From an uncultured bacterium (GTDB lineage: Bacteria > Patescibacteriota > Gracilibacteria > UBA1369 > PNNO01), in the NCBI GenBank assembly GCA_963704705.1, contig OY969931.1, positions 900,001 to 932,000 on the forward strand: a DNA stretch of 32,000 nt. The letters are read 5' to 3'. The translations under genes were made by a program, and so were the position numbers. Positions 12,401 to 19,370 of this stretch are shown piece by piece. Positions within the stretch are counted from its first letter, which is position 1, and the number at the start of each line of letters is the position of its first letter. The notes beneath the pieces are model-generated. The model saw only the letters and a list, made by a program, of their open reading frames with translations. It did no database searches and was not told the DNA's origin.

Positions 12401-15045
12401 ATTTATATATGGACGCAGGCGCAGCTGTTGGCACAGGAGGTGTCTCAGGAGGCGGAGTAGTAAGAATTGAAACAGGATTTACTCCAAAATCAGCAAACAG
12501 ATTTGGTTTGGGAGTTGGTGCAGGTGCAAGTATGGGTGGTGTTGGAATTTCATTATTGGCTTATTGGAGATATGACACTGATAAAGCCCTCGCAGAACAA
12601 ATAAACGAAGCAATGAAAAAATTCAAAGATATCGACGAAGAACCAAACTGGGAAAAGAAAGTTGAATTAATAAGAAAACATCCGCATCCAAGTATGAAAC
12701 AATTGGTTGCATATGCAGATAGATTATTCAAAGCTTCAGGAAAAGAATGCCCTCCAAAAATTCTTTACTTCTTATATAAAAGAACTAAAGGTAAAATCGA
12801 AAATGGGGTAAGATTAGACCAAAAACTTCCTGCAATAATTGGAGCAGGTGTTGGAGTTGGATTAACTCCTGTAGGAATTGGCGCAGGTCTTTATGTAACT
12901 TTCAAAATTCCTTGGACTGAAGAAGTTGTTGCTGTTAGAAGTCCAGTTCGAGGTTTTGACAGATACACAATGGAAAAAGAAGCTGAAGCAGATCTTAGTA
13001 AAGAATTAAAAACGCAGGTTACTTTAATTAAAGATTTTGAATTAAAAGGTGAAAATGCTTTTCTTTTTCATGATTCACAACTTGGAGGCAAAGGTTTGGC
13101 CAGAGTTGGTACTCTTCAAAGCAGCCAGATGGAAGAACTTTCAGCTGATTCAAGCTTTGAACAGATCAAAAAAATAATGGCAAGACTCAACATTGATGCA
13201 AAACTTGTTCCAAGAGATGCCAAAGATAAAAGTAAAGGTTACTACATACAAATTACACCATTAGATATAGAAGGTGGTAATGTTGAACTCCAGATTGACC
13301 CTGAACTTAGAAGCAAAGGACTTATTTTGGATAATCAAAGTACACCTCAAAGAATTTTATTAACTGCAAGTGCTGTTAAAGCATTGATGGTTACAAGAAA
13401 AAGAATTAAGTTCCCTTTCCAGTCACAAGGTGCGCTTAATTTGGATATTATTACATTTAAAACTGATACTGACAGACACACTCCAGAAATCAGAGAAGAA
13501 TCTGTACAGTATATATATAAAAGACAGGGTGAAAGATACCAGGTTGTTAACGGTGAGAATTCAAGACGTATTCCAAAAGACCTTAGAAACGTTATGAGCC
13601 TTGCGGAATTCCGAGGAAGCAGCAGAAAATTTGAAAAATTCGATAATGTACAACTAATTAATTATAGAAGATACAGAGAAGCTACCCAGTCTATGGACAG
13701 TGCTCTTCGGGTTCTTTCATCAAAAGAATTTGCTTTAAATCCAGGGAACACTCCACATTTAAATAAATTCGCAAGAAGATGGTACAGCTTAAATCAAAAT
13801 TACTTCTTACGAAAAATTATTGATATGAGAAAACCTGAAAGCGAAGACAGAATTAAAACACTTTTGTTTAATAAACTGGTAAAAGATTATGAAAGTTACA
13901 GAGCAAATATTCCTGGCACAAAACCATTAAGCCAGTATGAACAAAATATGCTCTATGCAATGCTTCTTGATAGATCATTCTTAAAAATTTCAAAAGAACC
14001 AACAAGAAGTATGCCAAAAGAACGTATTGAAAGAGCCTTGGATATCAGAAAAAGTTTATTTAGAAAATATTTAAATACATATATTAAAAAATGGATAGCT
14101 AAATATCCTAATGAATGGAATGAAATTAAAAAAGCTGATCCAGGCATAACTCCAGCTGCAGTAGCTAATCTTATTGCACTTGCAATGCCAAAGGATTACG
14201 CACACATGAAAGAAATGCTTCAGGAACCTACTCAGATTACTAGAGACATGAAATTCCTTTCTTACACTCAAAAATTAAGAAGTGAATCAATGCCTTCAGC
14301 TTATGGTGCTGCAAGCCCTGAGCCAATCAGAAAAAACTTCTTTAAAATGTTCGGGGTTACAAGATTTAATTTAAGTTCTAATCTTGATAAACGAAAACAG
14401 GCAGTAGCACGAGTTATTTTGAATCTTCTTTCACCATTACGTATGAGTGAACTTCAAAATAATAAAGAAAGAGTTGAGTTTTTGGATTCAGAATTACCTT
14501 TGATGCTTATATCTTTATATGATAAATCAAAAGGTATTTCTCCAATGATTGAAGTTCTTGGAATGGAAAATTTTGAAAACATGACAAAACTTTACAGTGC
14601 ACTTCGAAAAGAAAAAGATCCTCAAAAAGCAGCTGAACTATTAAAGAACAGTGCTATTAAAAAATCATTCGATGGATTTAGAGAAATGGTATTAAAAGTA
14701 CGAAACGCACAGCTTAGCGGGAAAAATTCAGCTGATTATAAAGGATTCACATTCCACTTCGACACTGAAGTAATGGCCGGCCCATACTTAAAATGTGCTA
14801 ACGGTACAATGGCTGTAAGACAAAGATTCAGAATTACAACAAAGAAAAGCTTGAGAGTACCTTGGACAGGTGCAAAAGCCGAAAGAGCAGTTGTTGTTAA
14901 AGGCCGATACAAGAAAGAAGCTGCATACCTTACACTTGCAGGAGGGTTCTTCTATAAGCCGGAAGTTAAACCTGAAAAACCTTATAACCCACCTAGCAGG
15001 CATGATGAGCCTGAAAAACCGTATACACCGCCTAGCAGGCATTAA
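9493..15045 (+). CDS. Giant orphan protein (1850 aa): Lys-rich and coiled-coil-rich, no signal peptide, central Gly-zipper/beta-strand-like module, C-terminal Pro-rich tandem ending in PSRH
   Basis: Uninterrupted 5.5-kb ORF. I recognise no catalytic motif. Only 3 Cys. Gly/Ala-rich hydrophobic block at residues ~904-1028 and 1112-1141. The C-terminus is ...KPEKPYNPPSRHDEPEKPYTPPSRH*. Confidence 0.8.
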   Translation: MKNRNLLKFFNYFALEQRNLFLCESKLAFKNPKAGVSASAERLSATEKKELQNKIELQNKQIQANEKKLEEFNKMLDKFFVNKRTFEVKNITNTAVVLEELMVNSSDSSLSKDKNRLGYLRMMAKNFKSAIQPHEAELKKHQPLKITVNPGGVIDFADSKNHRLLTIDLKKDSFYAVSVENLKRNIANLKERIKGKKEAVVSRTREQHVSYRENLDLKSKFGNLHDAIKDSPKLKGKVKVVQNGDFQVVKFLGKNKKEIKKNELALKIEDIYNLSLVNSYPDSVLRIQVTNPYQGTYKATYNPQRGSFYIDGTTERAKIYNNGKIKVLEFRVVPKKPRSTKAAMSGVKPAESKAAQEKAKNEAYEQREFEKDQTKDYLFDKYYKYIFKKDRFGGHKLLQSKEDFKNWGRLSHVLGPILAQPPFNIRRSSSEQKKYMELVIQGTGFWDPNWEIQGKDFFKYGGIQYKGGYDKFVEDYEKLTKKYDKLEKEGKTLSEKELEQLTKLEDIAVGIARVYEALQTMKPLKADQESEKERLDRTVLLNVPKANETELKEVKSNRYLNYYLPLLTHEKETTSHQVNILVGYSTNKKLVQLVQQAINSIPKGMIKEEVLWQYKMNPTKLLFLTFGFDSLVAKGAIKKIDDKRFVLTQTPTNANWAIAALKMQGASKNPESMQSWEKVRGKVDAHHKAANFIKAIFGDKETSVKNNLRSRWSRLWHWEWADKKYVSMENLAQVKTYGKNDFNLEAVEKRGYLDMKGKVAERAGETGMYRIPEKNHGALIKMTNDYLAKGIQMTLANAPKGKRNEILKNLTKKFGINIEFGKDDGKIAADIVKLIGVKGLNTSELTPDKIKFIRLGFLEERYLKAVESKDMTDEYFSASPEIRKIQDKLYKQGMALTELPRVEADIHAGLAVLVKSREIVGPGGFAGFTLRYKALNGHELYTTVGLGGLQSGLTVYAALGAKVKLSETWDLYMDAGAAVGTGGVSGGGVVRIETGFTPKSANRFGLGVGAGASMGGVGISLLAYWRYDTDKALAEQINEAMKKFKDIDEEPNWEKKVELIRKHPHPSMKQLVAYADRLFKASGKECPPKILYFLYKRTKGKIENGVRLDQKLPAIIGAGVGVGLTPVGIGAGLYVTFKIPWTEEVVAVRSPVRGFDRYTMEKEAEADLSKELKTQVTLIKDFELKGENAFLFHDSQLGGKGLARVGTLQSSQMEELSADSSFEQIKKIMARLNIDAKLVPRDAKDKSKGYYIQITPLDIEGGNVELQIDPELRSKGLILDNQSTPQRILLTASAVKALMVTRKRIKFPFQSQGALNLDIITFKTDTDRHTPEIREESVQYIYKRQGERYQVVNGENSRRIPKDLRNVMSLAEFRGSSRKFEKFDNVQLINYRRYREATQSMDSALRVLSSKEFALNPGNTPHLNKFARRWYSLNQNYFLRKIIDMRKPESEDRIKTLLFNKLVKDYESYRANIPGTKPLSQYEQNMLYAMLLDRSFLKISKEPTRSMPKERIERALDIRKSLFRKYLNTYIKKWIAKYPNEWNEIKKADPGITPAAVANLIALAMPKDYAHMKEMLQEPTQITRDMKFLSYTQKLRSESMPSAYGAASPEPIRKNFFKMFGVTRFNLSSNLDKRKQAVARVILNLLSPLRMSELQNNKERVEFLDSELPLMLISLYDKSKGISPMIEVLGMENFENMTKLYSALRKEKDPQKAAELLKNSAIKKSFDGFREMVLKVRNAQLSGKNSADYKGFTFHFDTEVMAGPYLKCANGTMAVRQRFRITTKKSLRVPWTGAKAERAVVVKGRYKKEAAYLTLAGGFFYKPEVKPEKPYNPPSRHDEPEKPYTPPSRH
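14971..15042 (+). repeat. Two 33-nt direct repeats separated by 6 nt, encoding PEKPY(N/T)PPSRH x2 at the C-terminus of the giant ORF
   Basis: cctgaaaaaccttataacccacctagcaggcat (14971-15003) and cctgaaaaaccgtatacaccgcctagcaggcat (15010-15042), separated by gatgag and followed by the TAA stop. Confidence 0.9.
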
Positions 15046-15077
15046 TTTATCATTAATAAAAATTAACAATATTAAAA

Positions 15078-15575
15078 ATGAAAAACAAAAATGGCAAAAC
15101 AAAAGGCCTATTCATAGCAGTCGCAGTACTTGTAGTACTAATATTTGCAGGCAGTCTGCTATATCTAAACTCACTTAAACCAATTGTTAAAATTGTAAGT
15201 GATAAACCTGCATATTTTCATACTGATGATCCTCAAATCGAAATTATGCTGCTTAATGCTAAAAAAGCTGATTCTGGATCAATCAGAATTAGTTATGATG
15301 ATAACATCCTGAATTTGGGAGCAAATGAATTGAGCCAAGGTGTAACAATGGATGAACTTCAAAACAACCTAATTTTTAATCTTTCAGAGGATTATTTTAG
15401 TAATAAAACTGACAGTGTTGCTAAATTGACTTTCAATTTTACTGGGGATGCAGGAAAAACCGAAGTAACTGTAGATGAAAATGAATCATTTTTAAATATA
15501 AAAGGTGAACAAATGCCAATCTCAAAAGCTGAAAACGCTTCATTTACAATTGGCGTAGCCCCATCTCGTCATTAA
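15078..15575 (+). CDS. Small N-terminally membrane-anchored protein with a cohesin-like beta-sandwich pattern, ending in PSRH
   Basis: The basic N-terminus MKNKNGKTKG is followed by one hydrophobic helix, LFIAVAVLVVLIFAGSLLYL. IRISYDDNILNL, VAKLTFNFTGDAGKTEVTV and ASFTIGVAP resemble cohesin-domain strand patterns, but the match is weak. The C-terminus is ...GVAPSRH*. It lies 32 nt after the giant ORF. Confidence 0.6.
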   Translation: MKNKNGKTKGLFIAVAVLVVLIFAGSLLYLNSLKPIVKIVSDKPAYFHTDDPQIEIMLLNAKKADSGSIRISYDDNILNLGANELSQGVTMDELQNNLIFNLSEDYFSNKTDSVAKLTFNFTGDAGKTEVTVDENESFLNIKGEQMPISKAENASFTIGVAPSRH

Positions 15576-15596
15576 TAATTTAATAACTAATATAAA

Positions 15597-18500
15597 ATGA
15601 AAACAAAAATTAAAATCCTACTTATTTCAGCTCTCTCATTGATGGCCGTAGTAACTGCATCCATTGCAAATGCGGGCTGGAATGCAAGCCCAGCTTCCGG
15701 ACAAACTTGTTACGGTCAGAATTGCAAAACCTGGCATAATAATGGAATCCAGCGTGAAGGGGCTTATAAACCTGGTACAAATTTTGCAAGTTTCAATAAT
15801 TATACTGACTCAACAGATAATTCAGTACCAAAACAGACATACACTGAGCAACAATTTTTATTGTTTGAAAAAGAATATGCAAATTCCAGCGGTTTTCCAT
15901 ATAAAACTCCTTGGGATGCAAATCGAGCTACACCTTATAATTTTAACAGCGGCTCAAGTTATAATATAAATTTTGTAAATAATCAGCCTCAAAGAGTTGG
16001 ATTCTGGATTTATATGCATAACAATGGAGTGGAAAATCAATACCCTGCTAATAATACAAAAGTTAAATTAATTCCAAATAAAATAAGTGGAAATACATAC
16101 AGACCTACTTCAACAATCACAGCAAGCAATGCAAAGCCAACAAATGTTATATCTGATGTTAATTTAACTGCAAATCAGGATTTTAATTTAATCCCTAAAG
16201 AAGTATGGGTATCAAGAGAAGACGGAGATGAACAAATGAATTCAGCTGAATTAAATGACTTACTATCAGCAAATGGTTTATTGGTAGGAAATTTAAGAAA
16301 TACTGATGGGACCTTTAATTCTTCTATACTTCACTATGTAGTCGTTTATGTTGAATTCGAAGCTGTACCTCAAACTCCGCCAGCAGAATGTAAATCATTA
16401 AATATTACTGACCCTAGCCAATTATTGGTAACAGTTGATCAAAACGGTTTCAACAACGAAAATTTAGCGTTCACTGTTGATAAAGATAATGGTGCTGTAA
16501 GTGCTTACAGAGTTCGATCAAATAACGGAACAATTACATTTAATAATGGTGGATCAAATATTCAATTAAATGAGGTTAGTAATGTAAATCAATTTAATGC
16601 AACTATGGATGGCGGCCCATCTAGTCCAAATAATAATGAAACTGTTTGGGTAAGTGCATTAAGACCAAATGGCACTGCATGGCCTGATTGTATTGATTAT
16701 TTCACTGTTCAACTTGAAGAAGAACAAGCTCCTGTTTGTGAGGTTTTCGGAACAAACCCTGGAAGTTTGGGTAGCCAACAGGTTGATATTGGTGTGACTA
16801 CAATCGAATTGAATGGTCCAACTGATACAAATGGAGACCCTTACAGACCTAACGGACAAATTCCAAATATCAGATATTGTTATACAAATGATGGAATTAC
16901 ATTTATGCCTTATTCAGGAAATGTAGTTCATCCAGGTGGCGACTTGCGATGTGCAATTGCACCTTTAACTGACCCAATGGTTGTTGATACAACTCAAACC
17001 GGCACAATGACTATCGAAGTTGTTGGTGCTGAAGATGATTGTAACGATATGTTTAAAACTGATTTCCAATACGGTGGCAAATGTTTACTCCTTGAATTCC
17101 GTCAGGATGAATTCACTAATGACAGAACTCAATATTGCGTAAATTTAAATGTTGAGCCAACAGTTCAAGGTTACAACGACCATATTTTATGGCAGGTTGA
17201 ACGTGATGGCGACACTGTACTTTCAAAAGATACTACAAACACTTTATGTATTGATCTTGATGATTACAACTATAATTTTGAACCTGGCGACACTCTAACT
17301 GCTCAGGCTCTTGATATCGATTATGAAGATGCTGCTTGTGAAGACAGCATAGGAAGTAGAAACCTTGTTTGTGACTCAATGGACTTAGATAAAGCTCATT
17401 TTGAAAGAGGTCAGGATAACGAAGTTTGCATAACTGACATTAATCCTGATGATTATCCTGCAAATGAAGTTGATTTAACAACTGATTCAGGCGAATCTGA
17501 CACAGTTCCTGTTGATGAAGATGGATGTTTTGTTATTAATGAAAATTTATTGACAGATGCAAACAGAGTTGATGTTTTCCTTGCTGATAAGTGTGAAGAT
17601 TCTTTAACAAGGGAAGTTAAACCTCCTACTTTCAGCAAAAACGTTAAAGATCAGGACGTAGGCGCTGTATTTGCTCATCGAGCAATCGCTAACTGGACTG
17701 ATGAAAAAGTATTCTACCAAATTAAATACGAACACAAAGACGACACTGCACAGGATGTAACAATCACCGATACAATCGGCACTGATGATTATATTCAGGG
17801 TTACATTGCTGATGTAAATGATTCTGATCTTTCAAACAATGAAGAAGGCGGAAGAATTTACTATGATGATGGTTCAATGAATGTTTATGTTGAAGGTGAA
17901 GGCAACATTGGAAACTGTGAAGATACAAACGATAACATTTGTTACTATGGTGATATCGGCAGTACAGGTGGTGTTACAGTTAAAAATGTACCTCCAAGAC
18001 GTGAAGTTGTTGTAAGTTACACAGGAGAAATAGTTGATTCATCTGTTAATCCTTCAAACTGTTCTAAGCCTGATGGATTAGGAAATGATATCTGTGGTGA
18101 AGTTTATCCGAACACTGCTGAATTTGAAGATGAAACTCCTTTCAGCGGCAGAGATAAAGCTGAAGTTGTTATTCCTTGTCCTTTCTTCATTATAAGATCA
18201 GGTGGCGAAGTATTCATGGAAAATCCATTTGATTATGGTGTTGATACCTTGGCTTGTTCTGAAATTGAAAATGTACCAAGTCCGTTCATTGTTCCTGATT
18301 ACACTCCTCCTCAAACTACACCTTCAACAGGTGCACCTGAAGGAATTGCACTTATAAAGACTTTGGACGATAGATTATGTAAATCTGATTCTGCTCAGGA
18401 AGCAGGATATGGAGGCGTAAGCAGAGCTTCATCATTAATTTGTGAAGTTACACTTAAAACTTCTGAAGAACTTACTCAATATGTAATTTCTCAGAATATC

Positions 18501-19091
18501 CAAAGAAATATAGATTTATTTGCAAGATACGATAAAGATTTAAATAACAGAGTTTCTGTTAACGGAAGCAGTGATCTCCCTTCAAATACAAGCAATGTAT
18601 TTGTTAAAGATAACGGAGACCTTGAGTTAAGCGGAACATTCAATAATGGCGCTCAGACAATCGTTGTTCTAAACCACGATGTAAAAATTACAGGCGATGT
18701 TAAGCTTGATGATACATCTGCAATTTTAAGCGACCCAAGAACTATTCCATCGCTTGCAGTAATTGTAATTGGCGGAGACATTCTTGTTCAGCCAAATGTT
18801 GGCGAAACAAACGGCGTATTCTTTACAATGGAAAATGCTGAAGGCAAAGGCGGTCAAATGTGCGAAAAAGACTGCGTTGACGATGATGCATTAAGCAGAT
18901 TCAACGACAAACAATACGTTCACTATGGATCAATCTACGGCGATATCGAACATTTGTTCAAATACAGAACATTCGCAGGCGATCCAACTAAACTTGAAGC
19001 AGCAGTATTAATTAAATTCGATTCACGAATCTTCTTAAATACTCCGCCGCTTCTAAATGAACTTATAAATGTAAGTCAGCAAGTGTTCTAG
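15597..19091 (+). CDS. Secreted giant orphan protein (1164 aa), acidic, Asn/Asp/Thr-rich, Cys-rich
   Basis: Sec-type signal MKTKIKILLISALSLMAVVTASIANA|GW. About 26 Cys by my count, an even number. Repeated modules start with Cys. Residues ~680-830 resemble a DUF11/CARDB-type beta-sandwich only loosely. It starts 21 nt after the previous gene. Confidence 0.8.
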   Translation: MKTKIKILLISALSLMAVVTASIANAGWNASPASGQTCYGQNCKTWHNNGIQREGAYKPGTNFASFNNYTDSTDNSVPKQTYTEQQFLLFEKEYANSSGFPYKTPWDANRATPYNFNSGSSYNINFVNNQPQRVGFWIYMHNNGVENQYPANNTKVKLIPNKISGNTYRPTSTITASNAKPTNVISDVNLTANQDFNLIPKEVWVSREDGDEQMNSAELNDLLSANGLLVGNLRNTDGTFNSSILHYVVVYVEFEAVPQTPPAECKSLNITDPSQLLVTVDQNGFNNENLAFTVDKDNGAVSAYRVRSNNGTITFNNGGSNIQLNEVSNVNQFNATMDGGPSSPNNNETVWVSALRPNGTAWPDCIDYFTVQLEEEQAPVCEVFGTNPGSLGSQQVDIGVTTIELNGPTDTNGDPYRPNGQIPNIRYCYTNDGITFMPYSGNVVHPGGDLRCAIAPLTDPMVVDTTQTGTMTIEVVGAEDDCNDMFKTDFQYGGKCLLLEFRQDEFTNDRTQYCVNLNVEPTVQGYNDHILWQVERDGDTVLSKDTTNTLCIDLDDYNYNFEPGDTLTAQALDIDYEDAACEDSIGSRNLVCDSMDLDKAHFERGQDNEVCITDINPDDYPANEVDLTTDSGESDTVPVDEDGCFVINENLLTDANRVDVFLADKCEDSLTREVKPPTFSKNVKDQDVGAVFAHRAIANWTDEKVFYQIKYEHKDDTAQDVTITDTIGTDDYIQGYIADVNDSDLSNNEEGGRIYYDDGSMNVYVEGEGNIGNCEDTNDNICYYGDIGSTGGVTVKNVPPRREVVVSYTGEIVDSSVNPSNCSKPDGLGNDICGEVYPNTAEFEDETPFSGRDKAEVVIPCPFFIIRSGGEVFMENPFDYGVDTLACSEIENVPSPFIVPDYTPPQTTPSTGAPEGIALIKTLDDRLCKSDSAQEAGYGGVSRASSLICEVTLKTSEELTQYVISQNIQRNIDLFARYDKDLNNRVSVNGSSDLPSNTSNVFVKDNGDLELSGTFNNGAQTIVVLNHDVKITGDVKLDDTSAILSDPRTIPSLAVIVIGGDILVQPNVGETNGVFFTMENAEGKGGQMCEKDCVDDDALSRFNDKQYVHYGSIYGDIEHLFKYRTFAGDPTKLEAAVLIKFDSRIFLNTPPLLNELINVSQQVF

Positions 19092-19135
19092 TCCTAGTCT
19101 TATAGGAACGCGGCTTACTTACAAAACTTATATAC

Positions 19136-19166
19136 GCAAATTGCTAGCTAAATGCTAGCTTTTTGC
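19136..19166 (+). terminator. Intrinsic-terminator-like hairpin after the three-gene block
   Basis: GCAAA-tt-GCTAGC-taaat-GCTAGC-tt-TTTGC, with a T5 run on the 3' side, 45 nt after the stop at 19091. The stem is short and AT-containing, so its strength is uncertain. Confidence 0.4.
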
Positions 19167-19169
19167 TTA

Positions 19170-19316
19170 TTCCTCCCGGGAGGAAAGTTCGCCTAAATCC
19201 ATTCACACATAAAAAAACATCGATTTTTTTAAATATTTAGCTTTAAATAAAGCATAATCGAAAGATTTCCGTCCCAGGACGAAATGCGTACTTTACGAAC
19301 TTCGATCCCGGGATCG
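19170..19316. repeat. Three GC-rich palindromes/hairpins sharing the core TCCCRGGA with different complementary arms
   Basis: TTCCTCCCGGGAGGAA (19170-19185, perfect). ATTTCcGTCCCAGGACGAAAT (19265-19285, one bulged C). CGATCCCGGGATCG (19303-19316, perfect). All sit in the 279-nt spacer upstream of holA. Confidence 0.7.
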
Positions 19317-19370
19317 CCTTGCCCCCCGCACCTTTCTCAATTATAATTCTATCCCCAAACTAGACTCTCT

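Noticed and set aside
15078-15170. The N-terminus of the 165-aa protein as a type IV prepilin signal.
   Set aside because: After KTKG the sequence is LFIAV, with no Phe/Met at +1 and no Glu at +5. It fits a plain signal anchor better.
14788-15178. Two overlapping ORFs (14788-15102 minus and 14870-15178 plus) span the end of the giant gene and the start of the next gene.
   Set aside because: They are alternative-frame readings of the giant ORF's 3' end and repeat region. The 1850-aa frame and the 165-aa ORF fully account for this DNA.
9493-19091. The giant block as a prophage remnant (tape-measure protein plus tail fibre), or as a diversity-generating retroelement target.
   Set aside because: The window has no integrase, terminase, capsid, portal or reverse transcriptase gene, no attachment-site-like flanking repeats, and no template/variable repeat pair that I could see. 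The Gly-rich segment alone is not enough to call a tape-measure protein.
19092-19370. The structured spacer as a known small RNA such as SRP/4.5S RNA, a tRNA or tmRNA.
   Set aside because: I could draw no cloverleaf. The SRP domain IV consensus (GNRA tetraloop with symmetric-loop AGCA/GGAA elements) is not present. I report it only as unexplained hairpins.
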